Below are positions 39,712 to 49,858 of a stretch of 64,000 nt of DNA, in pieces. This DNA is from Sulfurimonadaceae bacterium. GTDB taxonomy: Bacteria; Campylobacterota; Campylobacteria; Campylobacterales; Sulfurimonadaceae. Both the position numbers and the translations under genes were made by a program. Position 1 is the stretch's first letter, and each line of letters opens with the position of its first letter. Below the pieces are notes generated by a model. It had not been told where the DNA came from, did not search any database, and saw only the letters and a list, made by a program, of their open reading frames with translations. The stretch is from positions 30,525-94,524 of the forward strand of contig JBFFUI010000004.1 in the NCBI GenBank assembly GCA_041571435.1, written 5' to 3'.

Positions 39712-41023
39712 GCCTTCTTATCTTCGCGACGTCTTAAGGCTTGCACTTCCTGCTGCATTTAAACATCTTCTGGACATTTTACAACTGCTGATCGACATGA
39801 TCATGGTCGGTATGCTTAACGTCGCAGCCTTGGCAGCGGTCGGGATGAGCATGCAGTTTCTGATGGTCATCAATGTCGTGATGACACTCTACATCGTTGG
39901 CGGCAACGCTGTCATCGCCAGGCTCATCGGCGAGCATCGGCGACACCGTGCGTCGGCGCTTCTCTACTCACTTGGGCTTTTTGCACTGTTTATCTCCCTG
40001 CCTATCACGCTATTTGGCTACTTTAATGCCGAGAACTTCTATCTCTGGATGGGTGCAGAGGCCGATTTGGCGGTATTCGGACGGGACTATTTTGAGATCA
40101 TTATGCTTGGGATGCCGCTGATCTTTCTGGATGCACTGCTGTACAATGCCTTGTCCGCTGCCGGTGATACCAAGTCATCGCTCTATATCAAGCTTGTTTC
40201 TGCTGCGGTCAATCTGCTGTTTAACTACCTCCTGATCTTCGGTCATGGCGGTTTTGATGCGATGGGGATAGCCGGTGCAGCCTATGCCACGGTCATTGCT
40301 TACGGGTTTAATATCATCGTCTATTTTCTGCTGTTGGCCCGAAAAGATGCCAAGCTGCATCTTCTGCGGCGTTTCAGCAAGGTTGATCTGATCCGCGCTC
40401 TCCATGTGGGGAAACATGCCTCGCTTGACCGCTTGATGAGCGTTACCTCTTTTATACTCTTTGTATGGGTTATTACTGCCTATGGAACGGCAGCGATTGC
40501 AGGCTATCAGGTTGGTCTTCGTATTGAAGGTCTTGCGTTTATGCCGGGCTTCGGTTTTGCCATCGCAGCAACGGCATTGGTTGGACAGAACCTGGGGGCA
40601 AAAAAGTACGAGGCCGCGTATCAGACAGGGCTATATGCCACTAAGATCGCTGTTACATTCATGGGTATGTTGGGCGCGGTACTGGCGCTTTTCCCGGCAT
40701 TTTTTATCGGCTTTTTTACACAAGATGTCGGTGCGATCGAGTCCGCTTCCATCTATCTGCAGCTTGTCGGTATCTCTCAGATACCGTTGGCCATGACCTT
40801 TGTCATAAACGGTGCACTGCGCGGGGCCGGTGCGACGAAGATAACCCTGATCATCAATGTCTCTTCACTTTGGCTGTTGCGGGTTATCCCTTCGCTGGTC
40901 TTGTACTATCTGGGATTTGCACTGATCTGGATCTTCATCGCGATGACAATCGAGACCTTTATCAAAGGGGCTGTTTTCTGGTATATCTATCAGAAACGTC
41001 ACTGGCAGGCGGTGCGGGTATGA
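39692..41023 (+). CDS. MATE family efflux transporter
   Basis: LALP, D..MVG.L..AALAAVG, GDTK, MGIAGAAYATV, VGQNLGAK and LRGAG.T motifs. Confidence 0.93.
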   Translation: MLNTLSRPSYLRDVLRLALPAAFKHLLDILQLLIDMIMVGMLNVAALAAVGMSMQFLMVINVVMTLYIVGGNAVIARLIGEHRRHRASALLYSLGLFALFISLPITLFGYFNAENFYLWMGAEADLAVFGRDYFEIIMLGMPLIFLDALLYNALSAAGDTKSSLYIKLVSAAVNLLFNYLLIFGHGGFDAMGIAGAAYATVIAYGFNIIVYFLLLARKDAKLHLLRRFSKVDLIRALHVGKHASLDRLMSVTSFILFVWVITAYGTAAIAGYQVGLRIEGLAFMPGFGFAIAATALVGQNLGAKKYEAAYQTGLYATKIAVTFMGMLGAVLALFPAFFIGFFTQDVGAIESASIYLQLVGISQIPLAMTFVINGALRGAGATKITLIINVSSLWLLRVIPSLVLYYLGFALIWIFIAMTIETFIKGAVFWYIYQKRHWQAVRV

Positions 41024-41139
41024 TCGTCAGAAAAAGAATCGTTTAGCCAAAGGTTTTTCTCTGCATGTTCAGAGAATACCTTGCATGAGAAGAGTGTGCT
41101 GCGACGCGTAAAACGATAAAAAGAAGCGATTCAATGTCT

Positions 41140-42351
41140 CTATTTGATAAGCGACATTGGATCGATATGATAACTGTTCTGCGTGACTTCAAAGATGAGT
41201 TCGTTGTCTACACGGCCGATGATTGCCCCTTTTTTGACCTTTTTCCCCTTTTGTATAGTCGGGGCGATCTGATCAAGGTGTGCGTAGATCGTGTGCAGTC
41301 CGTTGGCATGCTTGACAATGACAACATTGTCGAGAAGCTGGGTCTTCTTGGCAAGAATCACTTTGCCGTTCAAGACAGTCTTGACCTTGGCACTGCGCTC
41401 AGTAGGCTCAAGGGTCACGGATTCGTTGTAGATCTTGATCTTGTAGATAGGGTCGGTGTAGGGACCGAACTTCTTGACAAGTCTATAGCCTGACAGCGGT
41501 GCGATGGTCTTTTTACCTCGGTACGTTTTAGACTTTACACTCTGGTAGCTTGACCCTTTTTTGGTTACTTTGGCCGTGGCATTTTTTTTCGTTCTGGTGA
41601 TCTTGACTTTGTTTGCTTGTTCCGCTTTTTTTGCCTCCTCGGACTGGATGATATTGAGTCTTGCAAGGGTGTTGCTGAGGGCTCTTTTCTGCGCCAATAG
41701 TTTGTCGATAGATTGTTTATACTTCTTCTTGTCCTGTTGCATCTTTTGTATGGACTTTTTGCTCTTTTCCGTCACACTGAGCAGTTCGGACTTTTTTCTA
41801 TCGATATCACTGATAGAAGACTGAAGTTCATCGGTGCGCATCTGGTAATGTTCAATCGTTTTTAGATTGGCACGGTGCTCCTGTTCGAGTTTTTCGATCT
41901 TACGCTGGGTCTGGAGATTGAGCTCATTTAATATCTCTTCGGTGATGACAGCGTCGGTGGTCACAGCATGTTTATCTTTGTCGAGGGCGTCGATAGAGAT
42001 GTTTTGGGCAATGGATTTGATCAACTCTTGTTCGATGAGCCCCTGTTTTCCCTGAAGTAACTGCTGCTTGTCTTTAAGTTCGAGCAGTTCTTTTCGGTTG
42101 GTTTCATAGCTTATTTGCGAACGCTCCAGCTGATCGCTAAGTCGACGGATGTTCTTCTCCTGCTCAGCTAGATCGCGTTCTGACTTTTGGATCGCTTTGG
42201 CGGTTTTCGACATCTTTTTATACAGGTTGGAGTATTTCTTGTCGAAGCGCTGTATCTCTGTGCTGGTCTTTTTGATCTGCTTTGAGACATCCTCTTTTGC
42301 TGCCAATGGAGAGAAGAGGAGAGCAAGAGCGAGTAAAAGTGTGCGCATCAT
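41140..42351 (-). CDS. EnvC-like murein hydrolase activator (coiled coil plus degenerate M23 domain)
   Basis: Signal peptide, long coiled coil, M23 domain lacking HxxxD but keeping YAHL; downstream of ftsEX. Confidence 0.88.
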   Translation of the reverse strand: MMRTLLLALALLFSPLAAKEDVSKQIKKTSTEIQRFDKKYSNLYKKMSKTAKAIQKSERDLAEQEKNIRRLSDQLERSQISYETNRKELLELKDKQQLLQGKQGLIEQELIKSIAQNISIDALDKDKHAVTTDAVITEEILNELNLQTQRKIEKLEQEHRANLKTIEHYQMRTDELQSSISDIDRKKSELLSVTEKSKKSIQKMQQDKKKYKQSIDKLLAQKRALSNTLARLNIIQSEEAKKAEQANKVKITRTKKNATAKVTKKGSSYQSVKSKTYRGKKTIAPLSGYRLVKKFGPYTDPIYKIKIYNESVTLEPTERSAKVKTVLNGKVILAKKTQLLDNVVIVKHANGLHTIYAHLDQIAPTIQKGKKVKKGAIIGRVDNELIFEVTQNSYHIDPMSLIK

Positions 42352-43160
42352 ACCTCTTCTTTATGACCAAGCACAATCAAGGTTGCCAGAATGATAGAGA
42401 GACTCATAGCGACACCAAAGATCAAGAGTCCGTCGTTGACAGCGTCGAAGAGAGAAATGTCAATACCGATAGCCTCAAGCTGTTCGCTACCGACCTTTAT
42501 CAGGTTAGCATAGGTAAATGCCGCAATTGCCAAGATGGAGGCGATGATGGCATCAACGATAGCAAGTCTGAAGAGCACGGCTGAACGCATCCAGACCGGT
42601 GCACCAAACATCGCCATGATGCTCATGCGTTCGTTATGCTGGAACTGCCAGATACGCATCTCTTTGAGTACAAGCAGTGAGGTGACTCCGAAGATCGCGA
42701 TCGCAAAGAGGACAACGACCGATTTGAACAGCAGCAAAAGTTTATATAGCGTGTCGTGACTCTGGGCAAAATCCTCGATCCGCGTGATGTCACTGCTTTT
42801 TTCCAGCTGCTTGCGAAGCTCTTGCACCTCTGAAGGGGTTGGGTAGTGGTTGAGGTGGAGGGCATAGAAGTGCGGAAGTGAGAGTTTCAAGAGGTCGATA
42901 TGACGTTGTTTCATCTGTGATTGCAGACGGTCGATGACCTTTTTGGTCGAGATCTCATCGGCACGTTTGATCTTGGAACTCATCGCAACAAGTGTGTCTG
43001 TCGCCACTTTCTTCTTTGTAACGACGACAATACTGTAGTTCTCGTTCAGTTGTGCTTCATAGGCCGTAACCGTACGATCGACGACAAGGTAGATCTGCAT
43101 GGTAAAGACGATGGTGAAAAGCGCGATGACAAGGGAGAGGTGGTTCTTAACTGATCTCAT
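42348..43160 (-). CDS. ftsX: Cell division permease-like protein FtsX
   Basis: Four-TM topology, IMAMFGA motif, follows ftsE. Start set at MRSVK. Confidence 0.88.
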   Translation of the reverse strand: MRSVKNHLSLVIALFTIVFTMQIYLVVDRTVTAYEAQLNENYSIVVVTKKKVATDTLVAMSSKIKRADEISTKKVIDRLQSQMKQRHIDLLKLSLPHFYALHLNHYPTPSEVQELRKQLEKSSDITRIEDFAQSHDTLYKLLLLFKSVVVLFAIAIFGVTSLLVLKEMRIWQFQHNERMSIMAMFGAPVWMRSAVLFRLAIVDAIIASILAIAAFTYANLIKVGSEQLEAIGIDISLFDAVNDGLLIFGVAMSLSIILATLIVLGHKEEV

Positions 43161-43818
43161 AGACCGTACCTCCCTCGATATTGAAGTGTTTGTACTCAAC
43201 GGCCAGATCTTCCGGGATATGGTGGGTGACAATGACGACGGTCGCTTTGAGCTGCGTATTGGCTCCTTCGAGCAGGTTCCATATCAGCCTTGAGGAGTAG
43301 TCATCAAGGTTACCGGTAGGTTCATCGGCCAGGATAAGGATAGGGTTGTGTGCCAGTGCTCTGGCCATTGCAACACGCTGTTGTTCACCACCGCTTAACT
43401 CAAGCGGGTATTTATTGATCTTGTGGGAAAGTTTGACGTGGTTGAGTAGTTTATCGACTTGTATATCGCTGATGTCTTTGGCATAACCGTTGATGATGAG
43501 CGGTAGGGCTACATTCTTTTCGATGGTCCACTCTTTGACCAGTTTATAATCTTGAAAGACGATCCCGATATGGCGACGAAGGAAGTTGAGTTTTGAACCA
43601 GAGATCTTGTTGACCTCGACACCGCCGACGACGAGGGAGCCGTTATCCGGTTTAAGGGCACCGTAAAATGAACGAAGCAGGGTAGACTTGCCGCTACCGC
43701 TGGCACCGGTAATAAAGACAAAGTCACCGGAACTGACTGAAAAGTTTGCTCGTGATATGATCGTCTCTTCCTTGTTATAGGCCAGGGAGAGGTCGGTTGC
43801 TGATATGACTTTATCCAT
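43147..43818 (-). CDS. ftsE: Cell division ATP-binding protein FtsE
   Basis: [28 protein letters not shown] and ADEPTGNLD motifs. Confidence 0.93.
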   Translation of the reverse strand: MDKVISATDLSLAYNKEETIISRANFSVSSGDFVFITGASGSGKSTLLRSFYGALKPDNGSLVVGGVEVNKISGSKLNFLRRHIGIVFQDYKLVKEWTIEKNVALPLIINGYAKDISDIQVDKLLNHVKLSHKINKYPLELSGGEQQRVAMARALAHNPILILADEPTGNLDDYSSRLIWNLLEGANTQLKATVVIVTHHIPEDLAVEYKHFNIEGGTVYEIS

Positions 43819-44983
43819 GAAGCAGCTCGTCTAAATGTTCATGGACCGTAAAATTGATCTTCGATGGTACCGGTTGTGTCGGGAAGTAGTAGCTTTTATC
43901 TTCGCCGATGATTACATAGAGGTGTTCCGGTCTCTCAAAACTTCCCATAGAGATCCGCATCATCATGCGTCCGTCGCTTGTCTTGTAAAGACGCTCAAAA
44001 TGGACAAAACCGCCTTCGATCTTCTGCGTCGTGCCGTTGAGCTTGTTGAGACGCTCTTCATCGAGACCACTTTTGAATGCAAAACTGCCGTCGAGTGCTA
44101 AGGCCGGGCTCAGTTCATCGTTGATCAGTGTAATGTCATAGATGTTCTTTTCCATCTTTTTCCAACGGTCTTCATATTTGGAACTGACCGCGATCTCCTG
44201 GTTCTTGTTGACCTCAAGCTTGGCCCGGTTAAGTCCGATAAAGGTCTCCCATGAGTAGGCAAAGTAGTTCTCACTGTCCGTTCGCAGTTCAAGACGTCCA
44301 TCCGGTGCCAGGACACGGGTCGATTCATTGATAAAGGCAGGGGAGATGACACGGCGGTGCGGTTTTTTGTCCCATGGAACAGGGAAGTGAACATAGATGC
44401 GGCTGACAATGTTCGAAGGGACCAGCTCCAAAAACAGTCTTGCGTCATAGTCAAGGAGGATCAGATTCTTGAGCCCAAGGATGTTGATCTGTTTCAGTGC
44501 CTGTTCGACCGAAGGCTTATGGATCTCGATGCCGATAAAGAGGATGTCCGGGTTCGCCTGAGCCTGATGCAGAAGGTGACGGCCTGAACCGAATCCGACC
44601 TCGATCCGGACATCGTCCGCTTCGGGAAAGCCCTTGACAAAATCATGGATAGTCCATAAAGACTCATCTCTCTCAAGGTGCATGCTCTTGGTGGTGTCAT
44701 TAACATTGGAGGCCAGTATCTCACTGTTTGTCAGTGCGGCATATTGGTTGAGGGCTTGCTTGACAAGGTAGGTCGGCGAGGGACGGGAGATCTTTTCACT
44801 TTTCAACAGCACGTTTTCAGGTGTGTCTTTGACAAGAAGAAAAAACGCCTTATCCCCGATAGTTGTCGATATCAGATGCTCTTCGGTATGTGTAACGTTG
44901 TCTGCCATAAAATGAAAATCGACGTTCTCTCTCTTGGCAGGCAGGGCAACAGGTGTAAACGATTTGATATGGATATGCGGCAT
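43811..44983 (-). CDS. trmB: tRNA (guanine-N7)-methyltransferase
   Basis: IEVGFGSG, GIEIH, HFPVPWDKKPHRR, LRTD and SKYE motifs. Confidence 0.95.
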   Translation of the reverse strand: MPHIHIKSFTPVALPAKRENVDFHFMADNVTHTEEHLISTTIGDKAFFLLVKDTPENVLLKSEKISRPSPTYLVKQALNQYAALTNSEILASNVNDTTKSMHLERDESLWTIHDFVKGFPEADDVRIEVGFGSGRHLLHQAQANPDILFIGIEIHKPSVEQALKQINILGLKNLILLDYDARLFLELVPSNIVSRIYVHFPVPWDKKPHRRVISPAFINESTRVLAPDGRLELRTDSENYFAYSWETFIGLNRAKLEVNKNQEIAVSSKYEDRWKKMEKNIYDITLINDELSPALALDGSFAFKSGLDEERLNKLNGTTQKIEGGFVHFERLYKTSDGRMMMRISMGSFERPEHLYVIIGEDKSYYFPTQPVPSKINFTVHEHLDELLHG

Positions 44984-44986
44984 GGG

Positions 44987-46246
44987 TTACTTTTTGTCCT
45001 CCAGCTTCACTTTGACACTGTTGGACGGTGCAGATCGAATCCCATTTTTATCGACACTGACGACATTGAAGGTGTACGCTTCGTCCTCTTTCAATGAACT
45101 GTCGATCATCAAGGTCTTTTTGATGTTTTTGAACTCTTTGGACTCACTTGAGAGAAACCCTTTTGACGTCTCTTTGATCACAATATAGGAAACAGTCCGA
45201 TCGCCTGCAGCATTCCATGTGAGCTGCACTGTAGCATTTTCGACCATCGCGACAAGGTTCGTCGGACCTTTGGGCGCATCGATGGTCGTGCCTGAAGCAG
45301 CCTTGGCAACTTCAAGATATCCATCAAGACCGTCTTTATTGACACCGACGACTTTATAGAAATAGTGCTGTGAGGTCTCGGATATCATGTCACTGTAATG
45401 CATGGTTTTGACCTTGTCTGCAACAAGTCTATAGCGTCCCTTCTCGCTTGCGGCACGATAGACCTTATAATAGAGAATGTTGGCCTTGTTATCATCTTCC
45501 CAACGGATCTCGATCACACCTGCTTTACCTTGTGATGCCTTGACCGCGTTCACCGGCGGAGGTGCCGCCTTGGTCACGACCACGACACTTTGACTCGGTT
45601 TCGAGATGATACCGTCGAATGTTACCGACTTAAGGCGGTATTCATACCGTGTGTTGTCCTCGAGGCCGGTGTCGATGTACTCAGCGTTGAGGCGGCCTTT
45701 GATCGTTGCGATCTTGCGCCATTCATCAGCACCGCTTTGACGGCGTTCCATGCGGTAGGCGACAACACTGTTGTCAGTGTGCGGTCGCCAAACCAGTTTT
45801 GCTGCACGCGGCAACGACTCTGAAGAGCTGAAAAAGCTGACAGAGGATAAAATCGGCTTGGTCCTGACCTCCATCATATCGCAGGCGAGCGAAGTGTATC
45901 CTTTTGCACTGTAGGTCGCAAAACGGTACTGGTACGATGTCTCTGGAGTCAGTCTGTCATCCAGATAGTGGGTCACACGTGCGTCTGTGATCGTGTCGAT
46001 CTGCAGTAGTTTTGTCGGCGTCTTGGATGACGGATCATTGCGGTAGACGATAAATCCGTCAACACGCTTATCAGTGATGGGCTTCCACTCAAAGGCAACG
46101 GCTGTCATATCACTCAAATAGCCGTTAAGCGAGACTTTGGGCAGTGATTTGTCAACCTGTGTTGGTTTTGGCGCGGTTGCACTACATGCGCTAAGAAGCA
46201 CTAATAGCGAAATGGCGCTCAAAATTTTCATGAGGTAGCTGTTCAT
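44987..46246 (-). CDS. Fibronectin type III repeat lipoprotein (FlpA-like)
   Basis: Lipobox LSAC; four FN3-like repeats (W...Y.VYR...Y.D..L.....Y.Y). AGGAG RBS before ATG 46246. Same position as C. jejuni flpA. Confidence 0.88.
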   Translation of the reverse strand: MNSYLMKILSAISLLVLLSACSATAPKPTQVDKSLPKVSLNGYLSDMTAVAFEWKPITDKRVDGFIVYRNDPSSKTPTKLLQIDTITDARVTHYLDDRLTPETSYQYRFATYSAKGYTSLACDMMEVRTKPILSSVSFFSSSESLPRAAKLVWRPHTDNSVVAYRMERRQSGADEWRKIATIKGRLNAEYIDTGLEDNTRYEYRLKSVTFDGIISKPSQSVVVVTKAAPPPVNAVKASQGKAGVIEIRWEDDNKANILYYKVYRAASEKGRYRLVADKVKTMHYSDMISETSQHYFYKVVGVNKDGLDGYLEVAKAASGTTIDAPKGPTNLVAMVENATVQLTWNAAGDRTVSYIVIKETSKGFLSSESKEFKNIKKTLMIDSSLKEDEAYTFNVVSVDKNGIRSAPSNSVKVKLEDKK

Positions 46247-47162
46247 TGATGATCTCCTGTTCAAAATGTTGGTCTAAGTAGGTTTGCATGGCCGGGCTCA
46301 GCGGTGCTGAGAATCGACAATGCTCTTTTGTTCTGGGGTGGATAAAGTAAATGACATACGCGTGGAGCAGGATCTGTTCCTGTTTGTCGTTCTTGACCCC
46401 GTAAAGATGGTCACCCAGGATGTGGCGTGAAAAGGTCTCGAGGTGGACGCGGATCTGGTGCGTACGTCCGGTAAAAAGCTTGCAGGCGATCAGTTCGTTG
46501 TTTTCATCTTTGGAAAGGGCCAGATGCTTAAAAACAGTTTTTGCCTCTTTGCCGCCTTCGACTTCGGCCATCTTCAGTCGGTTATGGCTGCTACGGCCGA
46601 TCGGCTTGTCTACGGTGACCACTTCGTCTTTGAGCGGGGGGTTGATCACTGCAAGATAGAAACGCCCCATCGATTTGTCCTGCAGCTGAGCAGAGAGTGC
46701 TTCGTGCGCTTCATTGTTTTTGGCGACGACCATAACACCGGAGGTCCCTTTGTCCAGGCGGTGAACGATGCCGTGACGCTCTTCGCCGCTGATCGTAGAG
46801 AGGCGTATCCCTTTGTGCTTGAGCCAGTCTACCAGAGTGGCCTCTTTGACGCTTGGGGCAGGGTGGACGGTAAGCCCAGAGGGTTTGTTGATGACCAGAA
46901 GGTCATCATCTTCATAGAGGATTTCAACATCGAAATCGATCTCTTGTGCCGGTGTGACCTTGGCCTCCGGAAAGTTGATGACAACCTCCTGGCCGACTTT
47001 TAGTTTAAGACCGGGTTTGGAGGTGTTTTTGCCATCAACCGTCACAGCATCCTGCTTGATAAGCTGTACGACCTGATTACGGGTAACGTCAAGCTGTGTA
47101 CTCAAAAAAGTGTCAAGACGCGTGGCATCTGTGACAAGAAACGTGGTCGATTTTGCTGTCAT
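46191..47162 (-). CDS. rluD: RluA/RluD family pseudouridine synthase with S4 domain
   Basis: RLD.FL S4 domain, INKPSGL.VHP, HRLDKGTSG, TGRTHQIRVH and LHAY motifs. Confidence 0.9.
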   Translation of the reverse strand: MTAKSTTFLVTDATRLDTFLSTQLDVTRNQVVQLIKQDAVTVDGKNTSKPGLKLKVGQEVVINFPEAKVTPAQEIDFDVEILYEDDDLLVINKPSGLTVHPAPSVKEATLVDWLKHKGIRLSTISGEERHGIVHRLDKGTSGVMVVAKNNEAHEALSAQLQDKSMGRFYLAVINPPLKDEVVTVDKPIGRSSHNRLKMAEVEGGKEAKTVFKHLALSKDENNELIACKLFTGRTHQIRVHLETFSRHILGDHLYGVKNDKQEQILLHAYVIYFIHPRTKEHCRFSAPLSPAMQTYLDQHFEQEIINEQLPHENFERHFAISAS

Positions 47163-47216
47163 TATTGTCCGTTATGTTACAATCTGCTCAAATAAAATAT
47201 ATTATATATAAAAAGG

Positions 47217-48335
47217 GTGTTGACTGTGTTTAAAATTGATCGCCGTATTTTAGCACATTTTGATTATCCCTCCATTATATTATTAATACCCTTGATCTTT
47301 GTTTCGCACTGGCTGATCAGCGAAGTCCATCCTGCCCTTGCCCAGAAGCATTTCGTCTATGTTAGTGTTGGCATCATTGTCTTTGTTTTCTTCTTTTTTC
47401 TGCCCTTGCGGCGCTTTAACTGGCTCATTCCGTTTTTCTACTGGTTTAACATCGCGCTGCTGCTTTCGGTGGAGTTTTTCGGTCACTCCCGACTGGGGGC
47501 AAAACGGTGGATCGAGATTCCTTTCATCAACTTTACCCTGCAGCCTTCGGAGCTGATGAAACCCGCTTTTGTGTTGATGCTGGCCTATATTATCAGCCGC
47601 AATCCGCCTCCGAAGGGTGGGTATCAGCTTCCTGACTTTTTAAAGATCAGTTTCTTTATCCTGCTGCCCTTTTTTCTGATTGCTAAAGAGCCGGATCTCG
47701 GGACAGCGACCGTACTGCTTCTTATCGGTGCTGGAACACTTTTCCTTGTCGGTGTCAACTGGAAGATCTGGGCAACATTGATAACGGGTTTTTTGATCTC
47801 TGCACCGCTGCTTTACACGCAGCTACATGACTATCAGAAACAGCGCATTGCCGATTTTCTGGCGGAGAAGCCCTCCTACCATGTCCAGCAGTCCATTATC
47901 GCCATCGGTTCCGGCGGGGTGGTCGGCAAGGTAAAAGAGGAGGCGACACAGACACAGATGAAGTTCCTGCCGATTGCTTCGAGCGATTTTATCTTCGCCT
48001 ACGTGACGGAACGTTTCGGTTTTATCGGGGCATTCTTATTGATCGGGCTTTATGCGGTCATCATCCTCCATCTGCTGAGCCTTAGCACCTACTATGACGA
48101 CATGTACATCAAGGTGGTCGCCGCCGGGATATCGCTGATGATCTTTATCTACATGTCGGTCAACATTGCTATGACGATGGGGCTTGCACCGGTTGTCGGG
48201 GTTCCTCTGCCCATGTTCAGTTACGGCGGGAGCAGTTTTGTCAACTTTATGATCCTCTTTGCCATCTTGCAGAACCTGATCGCGTTCAGATTTCAGGAAA
48301 TGTATACGGGGCGCGGCAAAAAAAGTTTCGTCTAA
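47217..48335 (+). CDS. rodA: Rod shape-determining SEDS protein RodA
   Basis: GAKRWI, QPSE..K, EPDLGT, YQKQRI, QS.IAIGSGG and PLPMFSYGGSS motifs. The real start may be GTG 47226. Confidence 0.92.
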   Translation: MLTVFKIDRRILAHFDYPSIILLIPLIFVSHWLISEVHPALAQKHFVYVSVGIIVFVFFFFLPLRRFNWLIPFFYWFNIALLLSVEFFGHSRLGAKRWIEIPFINFTLQPSELMKPAFVLMLAYIISRNPPPKGGYQLPDFLKISFFILLPFFLIAKEPDLGTATVLLLIGAGTLFLVGVNWKIWATLITGFLISAPLLYTQLHDYQKQRIADFLAEKPSYHVQQSIIAIGSGGVVGKVKEEATQTQMKFLPIASSDFIFAYVTERFGFIGAFLLIGLYAVIILHLLSLSTYYDDMYIKVVAAGISLMIFIYMSVNIAMTMGLAPVVGVPLPMFSYGGSSFVNFMILFAILQNLIAFRFQEMYTGRGKKSFV

Positions 48336-48344
48336 AGTTAGTTT

Positions 48345-48360
48345 GCTTATAATTGCGCCC
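48345..48360 (+). promoter_or_regulatory. -10 box with GC-rich discriminator for the tRNA gene
   Basis: gcttTATAATtgcgccc-type sequence about 20 nt before the tRNA. Confidence 0.55.
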
Positions 48361-48373
48361 TTTCAATACTAGT

Positions 48374-48450
48374 GGGTCTTTAGCTCAGTTGGTTAGAGCC
48401 CTCCGCTCATAACGGAGTGGTCCCGAGTTCGAGTCTCGGAGGACCCACCA
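48374..48450 (+). tRNA. tRNA with CAT anticodon, most likely tRNA-Ile2 (lysidine-modified); elongator tRNA-Met is the alternative
   Basis: 77-nt cloverleaf: GGGTCTT/AGGACCC acceptor, D arm, CTCCG-CTCATAA-CGGAG anticodon arm, GTTCGAG T loop, encoded CCA. Lacks initiator features (C1:A72 mismatch, three G-C pairs in the anticodon stem). Confidence 0.93.
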
Positions 48451-48705
48451 CCTCAATAAAATCTTTTTTATATTTACTACTAACATCTGTCTATTCAACT
48501 CTGGCTTGAATCCTGTGGAAACATACGACGATCAACATTACGCTCTCTTTTACAGCTGTGGCACAGCAATCTGCTTCCAGATGAAGATATAGTTTACGCA
48601 AGGTTTTTACTCTGACATTCATCCGAGAAAAATAGGAAATTATTATAGAAGTTCCCTAAGGTGAAAAAACATATAATAGTTTATATCACTAAGGTGCTGC
48701 CAAAT

Positions 48706-49020
48706 ATGATTGAACTGACACAAACGATCCTTACCTTTGATGCCGAGTATGAGAGCGCCCTGAAAACGGCTGATATCGCTATGCTGGAGCGCATGAAAGA
48801 GGCCGATTTCAATGCCGAGCGTCATATCGAAAAAGAGCAGCATCGGTTCGAAAAGCAGAAGGAGCGCGACGAGGCAGTGCTTGAGCAGGAGTTTTCGCTG
48901 CAACGCGAACACGCCAACAGTGCATTGAATCAGAGGATGAAGCGCTATGCGGACTCGCTTGATATTGATACCATGGTCGAAGCATTGTTGCATGTCGCCA
49001 AGGAGAGGGTATGCCCTTAG
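48706..49020 (+). CDS. V/A-type ATPase peripheral stalk subunit G/H-like
   Basis: Charged coiled-coil protein of about 104 aa heading the operon; TATAAT at 48672-48677 upstream. Confidence 0.65.
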   Translation: MIELTQTILTFDAEYESALKTADIAMLERMKEADFNAERHIEKEQHRFEKQKERDEAVLEQEFSLQREHANSALNQRMKRYADSLDIDTMVEALLHVAKERVCP

Positions 49021-49856
49021 GCAAAGCAGCCAAGTACGGCTATCTAAGTGCCCGCAGCCGCACGATGCGTTCACGGCTGATCGACAGTGAGACCATGCAG
49101 GCGCTGAGTGCGTCCAGAACGATAGGAGAACTCTCCAGCGCACTATCGTCAACGCCTTACGCTCCGTTCATTACGGCGGTGACATCCGAAGGGATCCACA
49201 AAGGGTTGAATGCGGCCTTTGCGAGCCGACGCGATACACTCTTACGCGAACTGGACAAGCGGGAGAAGGCGCTCTTCGAGCTCTTTTTTGTCACCAAATA
49301 CGGACTGGTTGATGAGAAGATCGAAGCGACCCGCTCCGCCAACCCCGAAGAGACTTTTCGCCGAATCGACATCGACTACATCACGCTGCTGAAAAAAAGT
49401 ATATCGGAGCTGCCTGCCTCAGAGCAACGTCAGCTCAGAAAGATCCTCGGAAGCTATTTCGACCTGCTCAACCTCTACAACCTGGTAAAATTCCGTCTGC
49501 TCTACAGACAGTCTGTCGAAGAGACGCTCGCCTTTATGCTCCCCTTTGCCGAAAAGTTCAGACTTGAAGAGCTCGCTGACCTCTGTGAAGCGGGTACCCT
49601 GGAGGCGCTTTCTCACAAGGTCGAACCGGTGCTGGGAAAAGGGTTTGAGGACTTCGAGGGCTTCCGCAGAGTGCTTTACGGCTACCATCGCCAGCAGCTC
49701 CTTGCCGTCTGGAGCGGTTATCCTTTCTCGATCGCACTGCCGTTCTCGCTGCTGCGACTGATCGAGATCGAGATAGCGGACCTGCGCGCCATTACCGAAG
49801 GGGTGGTTTTTGGGCTTGACCGGCAAGAGATCGCGTCGATGACGGTAGGTGGCTGA
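49011..49856 (+). CDS. ntpC: V/A-type ATPase subunit C (d)
   Basis: YGYLSAR.R.MRSRL N-terminus, L..TPY, D..NL and E.EI.DLR.I..G C-terminus. Confidence 0.85.
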   Translation: MPLGKAAKYGYLSARSRTMRSRLIDSETMQALSASRTIGELSSALSSTPYAPFITAVTSEGIHKGLNAAFASRRDTLLRELDKREKALFELFFVTKYGLVDEKIEATRSANPEETFRRIDIDYITLLKKSISELPASEQRQLRKILGSYFDLLNLYNLVKFRLLYRQSVEETLAFMLPFAEKFRLEELADLCEAGTLEALSHKVEPVLGKGFEDFEGFRRVLYGYHRQQLLAVWSGYPFSIALPFSLLRLIEIEIADLRAITEGVVFGLDRQEIASMTVGG

Positions 49857-49858
49857 GC

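Noticed and set aside
48374-48450. Initiator tRNA-fMet
   Set aside because: G1-C72 is paired and the anticodon stem lacks three consecutive G-C pairs.
48559-48575. sigma54-like TGGCAC...TGC upstream of the V/A-ATPase operon
   Set aside because: GG-to-GC spacing is 11 nt rather than the required 10, and a TATAAT box lies closer to the first gene.
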